Source: a virus
Virus record (IMG/VR): IMGVR_UViG_3300046048_000769
DNA length: 36,343 bases
Reading direction: 5' to 3' (one strand)
Part shown: in pieces, positions 1 to 7,437 of the stretch
Layout of the letters: every line of letters begins with the position of its first letter
How positions within the stretch are numbered: the stretch's first letter is position 1
Position numbers and translations under genes: made by a program
Notes under the pieces: generated by a model
The model's input: only the letters and a program-made list of their open reading frames with translations
Told to the model about the DNA's origin: nothing
Database searches by the model: none

Positions 1-57
1 CGTCCTTGTGTCCGTGCCGAGGTTGGTCATGTTCTGGTTTTTGTTTTTCTTGCCCAT
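1..57 (-). CDS. 5' end of a minus-strand CDS running off the window (MGKKNKNQNMTNLG...)
   Basis: ATG at 57..55 (revcomp) preceded by a perfect SD AAGGAG (revcomp of 65-70) 7 nt upstream. The ORF stays open to position 1. Confidence 0.4.
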   Translation of the reverse strand, partial: MGKKNKNQNMTNLGTDTRT

Positions 58-68
58 GATAAGGCTCC

Positions 69-725
69 TTAATTGGCAGTCGGGTCGATGGGCGGCGTGA
101 AAGCTCCACTTGTCTCGCCTTTGACCCAGGGTTTTGATTGATATTGTACGCCGGGCGGCAACGATGCCAGACCTGCGGGATAGTTTTTCAGGACTTTATC
201 CTGATATGCATTCGTCTTCAACTCACCAATGATTTCCCTCATTGTAATGAGGTACTCCGCTTCGTAAGCGAACGACCTTGCTACAACTTCCCGCTCGAAT
301 ATCTTCTCATTGTAATAATCCCTGATTTGACTTCCAACAAAAACGACCGCACCTAATTGGTAGATCGGATTCTCGTTACACATTTCGTGCCAGTTCATGG
401 GAACTAACACCGCTGGATTCAACCCTTTGATTCCACTTCCTTCTCGGCGACCCAACGACGCAAAACTCAGCGTCGGAACTTGATCCGTGAGAGCAACCGG
501 AGTCATCTGATTTCCAACCATTTCCCATTCCAGAGCAGCTAGTTTAGCGATCTCCGGGTTGGGAAAAGCCTTCCTCAACATATCCACCGCGAAGGTGAAA
601 TAATCTGCGTTGATTTGTCCGGCAACCCTGACAGGATCATGAAACATCAAGTTGTCGATATGATCCGACTTTTGTGACAATATAGACGCAATGAAAAATC
701 TAAATTTGGGGTCGGACGGGTCCAC
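69..725 (-). CDS. hypothetical protein, 218 aa (GTG start)
   Basis: Long minus ORF. GGGAGA SD 7 nt upstream of GTG at 725. No recognisable motif. Confidence 0.5.
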   Translation of the reverse strand: MDPSDPKFRFFIASILSQKSDHIDNLMFHDPVRVAGQINADYFTFAVDMLRKAFPNPEIAKLAALEWEMVGNQMTPVALTDQVPTLSFASLGRREGSGIKGLNPAVLVPMNWHEMCNENPIYQLGAVVFVGSQIRDYYNEKIFEREVVARSFAYEAEYLITMREIIGELKTNAYQDKVLKNYPAGLASLPPGVQYQSKPWVKGETSGAFTPPIDPTAN

Positions 726-746
726 AACAATCTCCCAAAAAGAATG

Positions 747-802
747 CGGAGACTCCCTGGCCGATTGCTAACTCAGTCCAGAAAGTCTCCGCAGGTTTCA
801 AG
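747..802. promoter_or_regulatory. 10-bp perfect inverted repeat (TGCGGAGACT ... AGTCTCCGCA) with ~36-nt spacer in the intergenic region
   Basis: Seen directly: 747-756 is the reverse complement of 793-802. It lies between the HNH gene stop (810) and the next gene start (725). Confidence 0.4.
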
Positions 803-809
803 AATCTAC

Positions 810-1442
810 CTAATACTGTTCGTCGTTAGGCATTTCCACCATCCAGTAGGCAGCACCCAAGAACTGCTCCCAGGACTTAATCCGGTAGTCGCCCTTGAGT
901 AAGTTGTGAGTCGGTCGCTTCGGCTTGCGGAGCAACTTCATCTTCGCTTCCTCTGGAGTACGGTCAGCCTTGTACGAGTTACATTCTACACAAGCCACAA
1001 CGCAGTTGTCGAATGTGGTCTTGCCGCCCTTGGACTTCGGCTGAACGTGGTCCAGCGTCAACTCCGAGGTCTTCGGCTTGCATCCACAATACTGACAAGT
1101 GTAATCGTCTCGCTTGTACAGCATCCTACGAGAGAAGTGTACCTTGTTGATCGGGTAGCCATCGTACTTCGACAGCACGATAACTTCTGGAACCCGAAAA
1201 ATCAGGTCCACACCCTTGAGGCCACGGGCATTCCCATTCTCATCTACTCGCGGACGCATTTCCGACCAATCGGACCACTCCATCATCTGGAAGGATTCGT
1301 CATCGCAGTTGATTACACGGGCTTTTGGCGTACCGCAAGGATACTCGCTGGCGACGAGTTTGATAGCTCGCTTGGCTGTGCAAACATGAATTGGTTGCCA
1401 GTTACGGTTCAACACCAATACCGGACTTGAAACTGCTGTCAT
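810..1442 (-). CDS. HNH homing-type endonuclease
   Basis: C-x2-C ... H-x-Q/N ... C-x2-C HNH core in the translation (CQYCGCKPKTSELTLDHVQPKSKGGKTTFDNCVVACVECN). Strong SD GGGAGG 9 nt upstream of ATG. Confidence 0.8.
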   Translation of the reverse strand: MTAVSSPVLVLNRNWQPIHVCTAKRAIKLVASEYPCGTPKARVINCDDESFQMMEWSDWSEMRPRVDENGNARGLKGVDLIFRVPEVIVLSKYDGYPINKVHFSRRMLYKRDDYTCQYCGCKPKTSELTLDHVQPKSKGGKTTFDNCVVACVECNSYKADRTPEEAKMKLLRKPKRPTHNLLKGDYRIKSWEQFLGAAYWMVEMPNDEQY

Positions 1443-1565
1443 TGTAATCCTCCCATTGTTCTCTCTATCTATGTGCCTCCGGGTTTGAAAATCTCGGCGT
1501 ACACAGTCTGCATTCCTTCTACAAGGGTAAAGACGCGGAAGTCGGCGAAAGGTTCAGCTAAATCG

Positions 1566-2024
1566 TTACTGATCGTCGATTGACCGAAATTGGGGGGCAC
1601 GATTGGGGTTTTTCGCCCGATATGCCTTCTTGCGTCCCTTTTCGATTGTCTTTTTGTACTCGATAACCTGAAAGTTGATCGCTTCGCACGCCTTTTCGTA
1701 GGCTGCTTTCAATTCTTTGTCGAATTGTTCTGCCTGTTCGAGCATTGCTACTTGCCATCGTTCTTTCACTTCCGTAACGATCTGCTTCTCCCGTTGGGTG
1801 GGATCGGTGAGTTTAGCAGTACGATTCTCTACATGAGTAAGAGCGGTATCAACATCGGCCCGAAATTCCGAAAAAGTTTCCGACACGGCTTCCAACCGCT
1901 GGATCATTTCCTCTTCGAGACGCTCTTGCTCTCTCTGGTGATATTTACTCTTCAACCAGAAAATCACATCAAAAAAAACAGAGATTCCCAAGACAATCGC
2001 TATCGCTGCCACTAGCCAACCCAT
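1566..2024 (-). CDS. membrane-anchored coiled-coil protein (N-terminal TM helix)
   Basis: N-terminal hydrophobic segment MGWLVAAIAIVLGISVFFDVIFW followed by a charged, heptad-like region. Confidence 0.5.
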   Translation of the reverse strand: MGWLVAAIAIVLGISVFFDVIFWLKSKYHQREQERLEEEMIQRLEAVSETFSEFRADVDTALTHVENRTAKLTDPTQREKQIVTEVKERWQVAMLEQAEQFDKELKAAYEKACEAINFQVIEYKKTIEKGRKKAYRAKNPNRAPQFRSIDDQ

Positions 2025-2028
2025 GTCA

Positions 2029-2442
2029 CTATTTCCTCAGTAATTTCAGGTGTCCTGTGATCCTGTCAACGTCCTCAGCATAGTTAGGACCGATACCTAC
2101 GCATGTATTGGTCGGCCCGTCAAAGGTCGTTAGCCCGCTATCGGTAATCAGATGAGCCGTCAAACCCGCGTCCTTGGCCTGCTGATATACCTCCAGTAAC
2201 TCCTCCTCGGACTCCACTTTGAGGACCACCTTTTTGAAAATACCAAGAAGCCACGCGGCCATTTCGGGCGTAACTTCGATATTTGCGGAGTATGTCCCAT
2301 GAGGCGTTTCCGCCAACTTTTCACGGACGATATTACTCAAGCCAGCCAATGCCGCATGACCCGCCTGGGCCATTTTCTTCCCGACATTCGCTTCCTTGAG
2401 GTCATTTCGCCAAATGATGACCTGTTTTACCTCTCTGGACAT
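2029..2442 (-). CDS. pth2: peptidyl-tRNA hydrolase, PTH2 (archaeal/eukaryotic) family
   Basis: VIIWRNDLKEANVGKKMAQAGHAA...GLTAHLITDSGLTTFDGPTNTCVGIGP...ITGHLKLL aligns with conserved PTH2 blocks (human PTRH2: [23 protein letters not shown] ... GIGPGP...VTGHLKL). GGAGG SD. Confidence 0.85.
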   Translation of the reverse strand: MSREVKQVIIWRNDLKEANVGKKMAQAGHAALAGLSNIVREKLAETPHGTYSANIEVTPEMAAWLLGIFKKVVLKVESEEELLEVYQQAKDAGLTAHLITDSGLTTFDGPTNTCVGIGPNYAEDVDRITGHLKLLRK

Positions 2443-2490
2443 ATCAATTCCTCCGAATGAATATTACTCCGCAAACGGCATTTTGTAAAC

Positions 2491-2733
2491 CTACCAGCTT
2501 TTGGAAGGCGTCCAAGAGTCGTCAATGGTGCGGTATTTCGAGGGAATCAACACGGGCACAGGCTCAATTTGACTGAAGCTGTCCAAAGGCATCGGAGGAC
2601 CAGTCACTATCAACTGCGGATAAATTCTTCTGATTAACGGAAGACTGATTCTTTTGAATTGGGCAGGGTCAGCCGATTTATTCTGATTTTCCAGAAGGGC
2701 CTTCACTATTTGTTCTTGTTTATTCATAAACAA
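2491..2733 (-). CDS. small protein with C-terminal KYRTIDDSWTPSKSW tag (W-tag family)
   Basis: ORF ends ...PSKYRTIDDSWTPSKSW*. Also shares an internal LPxIRRIYPxLI block with the adjacent paralog. Confidence 0.55.
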   Translation of the reverse strand: MFMNKQEQIVKALLENQNKSADPAQFKRISLPLIRRIYPQLIVTGPPMPLDSFSQIEPVPVLIPSKYRTIDDSWTPSKSW

Positions 2734-2963
2734 CTCGAAGGCGTCCAGGGATCATCAATCGACCGTCGTGTCGGTGGGACGAAAACATCAGGCACATCGA
2801 CAAAAACGTCAACCAACAGGGGCGGCGTTTTACTATTTGAAGAATAGCGATACTTCAAATAGTAAATCAAGCTCGCGGGCTGCGACAATGGTTGAACCGA
2901 TACGATGTTATTCGCAAGCAACGGCGGATATACCTTCCGCACGTTAGGCAACGTGATATTCAT
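2724..2963 (-). CDS. small protein with C-terminal RRSIDDPWTPSSCL tag (W-tag family, paralog of 2491..2733)
   Basis: ...PTRRSIDDPWTPSSCL*. The internal block LPNVRKVYPPLL matches LPLIRRIYPQLI of its neighbour. Confidence 0.55.
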   Translation of the reverse strand: MNITLPNVRKVYPPLLANNIVSVQPLSQPASLIYYLKYRYSSNSKTPPLLVDVFVDVPDVFVPPTRRSIDDPWTPSSCL

Positions 2964-2964
2964 G

Positions 2965-3306
2965 CTACATTTTACTTAACTCATCGAGGAAGTCTTGGTC
3001 GCACATGGCGGTTTCTTCCTCAATATCCTCATCCCTATATTTTTTACTCAGTGCCTCAAGCTGGCCGACAACGCGAACCTTAGAGGGCATCATCGAGTAA
3101 ATGGTGCCACAGCAAGTGGCTTGGCAAAAGCGATCATCGCCTTCAACACAATAGACTAATTTCCAATCAAGCGGAGCGGCACACTGAAAGCAAGAGCCGC
3201 GTTCCAGAAGTTCCTGGTAATCATACTCGCTCGATCCATGAGGGTTAACCTTGAGGCCCAAATCGACACCTTTATCACTCATCCTCGTTTCCCTGTTTAG
3301 GGCCAA
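2965..3306 (-). CDS. Cys-rich hypothetical protein
   Basis: ORF with CFQC...C-x-C/C-x2-C clusters and an acidic C-terminus. Confidence 0.45.
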   Translation of the reverse strand: MALNRETRMSDKGVDLGLKVNPHGSSEYDYQELLERGSCFQCAAPLDWKLVYCVEGDDRFCQATCCGTIYSMMPSKVRVVGQLEALSKKYRDEDIEEETAMCDQDFLDELSKM

Positions 3307-3487
3307 GATTAAAAGCCTGAGAGAATATAATGGTCTGCAACTGAATCACCAGTTGCAACGCTTCATCCCGATTAAAACCTTGACTACAAAGGTGGTTATG
3401 GTAAGTACCGAGCAATCCGGCGAAATGCTCTAGCATCGCACCGCCTTGCTCAAACGAATGTATCATATTGGCATACTGCTTGTCCAT
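3275..3487 (-). CDS. small hypothetical protein (70 aa)
   Basis: ORF with AGGAA SD. A TATAAT-like hexamer lies ~30 nt upstream. Confidence 0.35.
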   Translation of the reverse strand: MDKQYANMIHSFEQGGAMLEHFAGLLGTYHNHLCSQGFNRDEALQLVIQLQTIIFSQAFNLGPKQGNEDE

Positions 3488-3522
3488 ATTTCCTCACTTT
3501 TTGAAAGACAAACTTATTATAG

Positions 3523-3780
3523 TCAGTCTTCCGCATTCTCTTCGGACTCGGTTTCACCTTTCCACTTCTTCCACCAAGTCTTCATGAATTGCATCGTGAG
3601 AAATGTAACAACAGCGTTGACAAGAGCTTTGGCAATCACATACAGCAGCGGGGCCGCTACCTCAATGTATTGTGCTTCAACTTCTTGTTGATCTTCTAGC
3701 TTTTCTTGCTTTTTATCATCAGTATCCAAAACCCCTCCTATTGGGAAATGCAGTGGAGCCGGTGGGAGTCGAACCCACAA
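3523..3780 (-). CDS. small membrane protein; N-terminus uncertain because it overlaps the tRNA 3' end
   Basis: ORF has a hydrophobic segment (AAPLLYVIAKALVNAVVTFLTMQF) and an acidic tail. The first 27 nt overlap the tRNA at 3754-3837. Confidence 0.3.
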   Translation of the reverse strand: MWVRLPPAPLHFPIGGVLDTDDKKQEKLEDQQEVEAQYIEVAAPLLYVIAKALVNAVVTFLTMQFMKTWWKKWKGETESEENAED

Positions 3781-3837
3781 TCTGGTATGGTCCTCACGGA
3801 TTTCAGCATACCTATTTTCCCATTAAACTACGGCCCC
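3754..3837 (-). tRNA. tRNA-Phe(GAA)-like with a 10-nt insertion in the anticodon loop (putative short intron)
   Basis: Manual fold of the revcomp: acceptor GGGGCCG/CGGCTCC (one G-U pair), D-loop AATGGGA, anticodon stem GGTATG/CATACC enclosing a 17-nt loop CTGAAAT-CCGTGAGGAC (canonical Phe loop CUGAAAU plus 10 extra nt), variable AGATT, T-arm GTGGG-TTCGACT-CCCAC, discriminator A. CCA is not encoded. Confidence 0.6.
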
Positions 3838-4188
3838 GATTTCTTCTCCCCATTGTCGATAAATCTCTTCCATCTTCGGAACACTCAAGCCAACAAATCC
3901 CATGTCCGGCTCGCCGTCTTGCCCTCCAATTCTGCTCAAGGCTTCCGAGTTCATTCGTTCAATAATGTGCTGTGGAGGATCAATCAACTTCGGTATTGCA
4001 TTGAAAGCAAAATGCACAGACTCAAAAGGCAAGTCTTGCATCAAGCGAAACAAGTGCGGAGCCGCTTCACTCCCCATTTCCAAGACAGCCCGATAATCCG
4101 GGTCATCATGCTTGTGAAAAGAGAAATGAGAATTTCTGTTGTGATAAGCCAAAACACGTTCTTTAACTTCGTCATACGTCACACTCAT
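3823..4188 (-). CDS. hypothetical protein (121 aa)
   Basis: ORF whose ATG overlaps the metG stop in an ATGA arrangement. Its TAA stop falls inside the tRNA D-loop. Confidence 0.5.
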   Translation of the reverse strand: MSVTYDEVKERVLAYHNRNSHFSFHKHDDPDYRAVLEMGSEAAPHLFRLMQDLPFESVHFAFNAIPKLIDPPQHIIERMNSEALSRIGGQDGEPDMGFVGLSVPKMEEIYRQWGEEIGAVV

Positions 4189-5864
4189 TTGTTGATCCTT
4201 GGAAACAAAGTTACTTTATCCAAAAGAATAACTGGACCATCCATATCCATGTGTTCCAAATCTTCATCGTGATACATTCTATTTAGATATTTCCAATCCA
4301 GTTTATCTTCGACCTGAGTGAGCGTCAGACTTGCATCATGGGTGAATGGGAAAAACGTCCGATAAATCGTCTCCGACGTTTGCGGCAAAAAAGGTTTCAA
4401 TAATACACTCACCAAACGCAAACAAGAAACGCAATTTCGCAAAACTACTGCCAACTTGGTTGCTTCCTGATCGTTGTTTGCAAGCTCCCAAGGTTTCATT
4501 TGTTCAACATATCCGTTGCAATTGTCCAGAAGCTCCCACACCATTTGTAAGGCATGATTGTATTCATAGGCTTCAACATGCAGCTTGTAACGATCCAGCC
4601 ACTCACTGCTGGCCCATGACACCTGTCCGCTCCTGGCATATGGATTTTCACTGTCGTTGAGTCGAATTTCCGTCCTGGGAATGTAGGGCAGCGACCTGTC
4701 AAAATACTTGGTAATCATCGCGTTTACGCGGCTCACCAAGTTACCCAGGTTATTGGCCAAATCAGCATTGTAAACATCAACAAAATGCTCATAGCTGAAT
4801 TCGCTATCGTCGTGATAACGACACTTGGCAAGAAAATAGTATCGGTAAGCATCGACTCCGAATTGTTCGACAATATCAGAGGGATTCACAAAGTTCCCAC
4901 TTTTGGCGATTTTCGCCAAATTATTGTCTTTTCGTTGATAGAGAAAGCCATGAGCGTAGATTTTACGCGGCAAATCAATGGCCGGACCATCATCGAAAGC
5001 GTCGTTGTAGGCCATAATCATGGCAGGAAAGATGATACAGTGAAAGCGGGTAATGTCTTTCCCGATCAAGTGGCAATCAGCAGGCCACCATTTTTTGAAT
5101 TTTTGATGATCGGCACCAAACCCAATGCCTGTCAAATAATTGAGCAATGCGTCAAACCAGACATAAATTACCTGAGAATCATCCCAAGGAATCGGAATTC
5201 CCCACCCCTGATTTGTGCGACTGATGGAAATATCTTCCAGAGGACCGTTCAGAACGCTCATAACCTCGTTGTAACGGCTTTCTGGCTCAATCGTGAGTTC
5301 TGATACGGATTTACCGTCCGGCCCTACACGACGATGCAGGAGCTTCAGAAGCTCTTCTCGGAATTCACTCAGAGCGAAGAAATAATTTTCTTCCTCAACC
5401 TGCTCAATTTGCAAATTCGGGTGATTTGGACATTTGCCGTTGGTGAGCGAGTTTGGAGTTTTGAACTCCTCACAACCGTTACAATAAAGGCCAACATAGG
5501 GTTTTTTGTAGATATACCCCGCTCGGTACACAGTTGAAATAAATTCGTTCACCCCTTGGTGATGACACGGCTCCGAAGTCTGAATGAAATCGTCGTTGGA
5601 AATATCCAACTGTTTCCACACTTCCTGAAATCGACGGGCCATATCGTTGACGTATTTCTGCGGTCCTCCCGATCCAGGCTTTGCCACGGCTGCTGCGACT
5701 ATTTTTTGAGTATTTTCGTCATTCCCCATCAAAAAATAGACATCATCCCCGCACATGCGGTGCCATCGAGCCTGCACATCAGCACCGAGTTTTTCAAAAG
5801 CGGTGCCAATATGCGGCAACGCATTTGGATAATCAATCGCACAAGTAATGTAAAACTTACTCAT
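4185..5864 (-). CDS. metG: methionyl-tRNA synthetase, core enzyme (no C-terminal dimerisation/tRNA-binding extension)
   Basis: Class I Rossmann N-terminus (YITCAIDYPNALPHIGTAFE), a Zn-knuckle C-x2-C...C-x-N-H insertion, a KIAKS (KMSKS-like) loop and an anticodon-binding helical domain. Length 559 aa. Confidence 0.9.
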   Translation of the reverse strand: MSKFYITCAIDYPNALPHIGTAFEKLGADVQARWHRMCGDDVYFLMGNDENTQKIVAAAVAKPGSGGPQKYVNDMARRFQEVWKQLDISNDDFIQTSEPCHHQGVNEFISTVYRAGYIYKKPYVGLYCNGCEEFKTPNSLTNGKCPNHPNLQIEQVEEENYFFALSEFREELLKLLHRRVGPDGKSVSELTIEPESRYNEVMSVLNGPLEDISISRTNQGWGIPIPWDDSQVIYVWFDALLNYLTGIGFGADHQKFKKWWPADCHLIGKDITRFHCIIFPAMIMAYNDAFDDGPAIDLPRKIYAHGFLYQRKDNNLAKIAKSGNFVNPSDIVEQFGVDAYRYYFLAKCRYHDDSEFSYEHFVDVYNADLANNLGNLVSRVNAMITKYFDRSLPYIPRTEIRLNDSENPYARSGQVSWASSEWLDRYKLHVEAYEYNHALQMVWELLDNCNGYVEQMKPWELANNDQEATKLAVVLRNCVSCLRLVSVLLKPFLPQTSETIYRTFFPFTHDASLTLTQVEDKLDWKYLNRMYHDEDLEHMDMDGPVILLDKVTLFPRINK

Positions 5865-5881
5865 CGGAACCCTACATAAAG

Positions 5882-6373
5882 GTGATGAAAACTTTCTGGC
5901 AATGGATCATGAACGAAGGCGGTCGCCGCACGGGAGCAAAGCTGTCTCTATACCCGCTTGCTTACGGCGATATTGGTTTGTACCCTCCGGGTGAATACAT
6001 CACTCATGGAGCAGATGCAATCTATTATCTCAGCCAAGAAGATCGTAAATATTACGGACAATCGGGGCCACCCTACAATGTTCTTCATTTGAAGGTAGAT
6101 TACCCTGAAAATGAACATCCATCATACAAATTACCGGCTGACACGTCTACACAGTTCAAGCCGATCATTATGCCGGATGACTCGACTCAGCCGAAGAAGA
6201 GATACTACACGCCAGATGATCTCGATCTAAACCAAGACCCAGGCAAGTGGGGCGAGAACAAGCGAATGCCTTCTGATGATCCTACCAACACATGGAAAAA
6301 TCTTGGGGCGGGTCGTGCTGGTACGCCCGGTGTACTCGTTGGAGACGATTCACCTGATCCAAAAGGTGGCTAA
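5882..6373 (+). CDS. Pro/Tyr-rich low-complexity protein (only plus-strand ORF with no competing minus ORF)
   Basis: 163-aa ORF with repeated YPPGEY / YY / P-D-D motifs. No long minus-strand ORF lies under it. The SD (AAGGTG) is poorly spaced. Confidence 0.35.
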   Translation: MMKTFWQWIMNEGGRRTGAKLSLYPLAYGDIGLYPPGEYITHGADAIYYLSQEDRKYYGQSGPPYNVLHLKVDYPENEHPSYKLPADTSTQFKPIIMPDDSTQPKKRYYTPDDLDLNQDPGKWGENKRMPSDDPTNTWKNLGAGRAGTPGVLVGDDSPDPKGG

Positions 6374-6434
6374 GGAAAAAGATTGCAAGCCCAAAAGAAT
6401 CAGCACTAATATCAACAAAACTATCGGCACCCAA

Positions 6435-6641
6435 TCAAAAGATTCGTCTCCTCTTCGGTCGCCGTGATTCCCGGAATTCTTCACGTTCCTCCATTTCACA
6501 TTCATCAAGCGGAATGCCCGTATCACTGCCTTCAATTTGGACGTAGTGCCTACCATTGGACTCGCCTAAATATCCGACGATTACTACTGGCTGATCTCCT
6601 TCCTTGGCGTGCCAGATTGCTTTACCTCGATTGACGGTCAT
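6435..6641 (-). CDS. small protein with Arg-rich C-terminus (68 aa)
   Basis: ORF with GGAGA SD 5 nt upstream of ATG. Confidence 0.4.
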   Translation of the reverse strand: MTVNRGKAIWHAKEGDQPVVIVGYLGESNGRHYVQIEGSDTGIPLDECEMEEREEFRESRRPKRRRIF

Positions 6642-6700
6642 GTAATCTCCAAGTAGTATCGGGTGCCATATATAGACACTACTACAAGTAAGACAGTTTG

Positions 6701-6742
6701 CAAAACAAAAAAACGGCCTGCGAACCGAAAGCTCGCAGGCCG
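6701..6742 (-). terminator. Rho-independent terminator downstream of the DUF2934 gene
   Basis: Perfect 10-bp stem CGGCCTGCGA/TCGCAGGCCG (6714-6723 / 6733-6742) with a 9-nt loop. On the minus strand it is followed by TTTTTTTGTTTTG (plus-strand A-run 6701-6713). Confidence 0.65.
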
Positions 6743-6772
6743 TCTGTCATTCAATCAGACGTTAGGGGATCA

Positions 6773-7060
6773 TCACTTCGTCGTAGTCGAAGTGGTCGTC
6801 TGAAGCTCTTGCTCGGCTTCCAGCCAGTATTGGCTGCCGTCGCCGTTGGGCCGGGGTTCGCCCGCCTCTTCTGCCTTCTTGCAGGCTTCTTCCCACTTGT
6901 AGTAGGCCAACTCACGAACCTGAGTTGGGCAAGGGCCTTCGCCCTGCGATGAAAGCGTCTGCGTCTGGTTCTGGTTCTTCTTCTTCTCTTCTTTAGCCAC
7001 TGGATTGCCTCCTAGAGTGAGCCTTCTAATGAAACGAAACACACTGAAAATGTCAGTCAT
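6773..7060 (-). CDS. DUF2934-like small protein
   Basis: RELAYYKWEEA...PNGDGSQYWLEAEQEL matches the DUF2934 signature (R-x-AY-x2-WE...G-x-DW-x2-AE-x-EL). Strong AGGAGG SD, and a TATAAT hexamer lies just upstream of the SD. Confidence 0.6.
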   Translation of the reverse strand: MTDIFSVFRFIRRLTLGGNPVAKEEKKKNQNQTQTLSSQGEGPCPTQVRELAYYKWEEACKKAEEAGEPRPNGDGSQYWLEAEQELQTTTSTTTK

Positions 7061-7089
7061 AACCTATCCTCCTTGAGAGAATTATAGGC

Positions 7090-7437
7090 TCACTGACGAC
7101 CAAAATAGCCGGAATACAGGCCCTTTCTATCACCTGCGTCACGCGGCCCCGCGTTGCTAATACGCTCCGCGAATATGCACTGTTCGCCGACAAATGTCAA
7201 GTTAAATTCGCTTTCACAATTTTCACACATGACATTTTGCGACATGCCGCCAGAAGGCCCGGATAGCAACCCGCCCTGTTCACAATCAGGACAGGTCACA
7301 TACCCTTGGGCCAAACCACTGATGAAATGCCGTTCTTCCTCGGTCAATTTTTCGTGAGCCTCAGAAGAACGGTTGACGATACTACTCCCCATCGACCGAA
7401 GTCCTCGACAGAGTGTTACTGTTACGGTTGGTGCCAC
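7090..7437 (-). CDS. Zn-ribbon protein (CPDC ... CENC); true start probably the internal Met near 7392
   Basis: Two C-x2-C pairs. The annotated start overlaps the MVP 3' end by 55 nt. Confidence 0.45.
   Translation of the reverse strand: MAPTVTVTLCRGLRSMGSSIVNRSSEAHEKLTEEERHFISGLAQGYVTCPDCEQGGLLSGPSGGMSQNVMCENCESEFNLTFVGEQCIFAERISNAGPRDAGDRKGLYSGYFGRQ

Noticed and set aside
906-1430. 174-aa plus-strand ORF overlapping the HNH gene
   Set aside because: Antisense shadow of the HNH endonuclease ORF, which has the convincing catalytic motif and SD.
2491-2540. Possibility that the W-tag is a nucleotide-level repeat (terminator, recombination site) that merely translates to a conserved peptide
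   Set aside because: Copies differ at synonymous and third-codon positions (ATTGAC/ATTGAT, GAC/GAT/TCG, TCT/CCC/GAG) while preserving I-D-x-x-W-x-P-S. Conservation is therefore at the protein level.
3706-4272. 188-aa plus-strand ORF spanning the tRNA-Phe-like gene and the 3823..4188 ORF
   Set aside because: It reads straight through a tRNA gene on the opposite strand and a minus-strand ORF that is translationally coupled to metG. This is most likely spurious.
5882-6700. tmRNA (ssrA) candidate in the largest low-coding region near 5.9-6.7 kb
   Set aside because: No tRNA-like acceptor/T-arm pair ending in a CCA context and no tag-peptide ORF ending in a stop preceded by ANDENYALAA-like codons could be found by eye. 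Unresolved rather than disproven; it needs an ARAGORN run.
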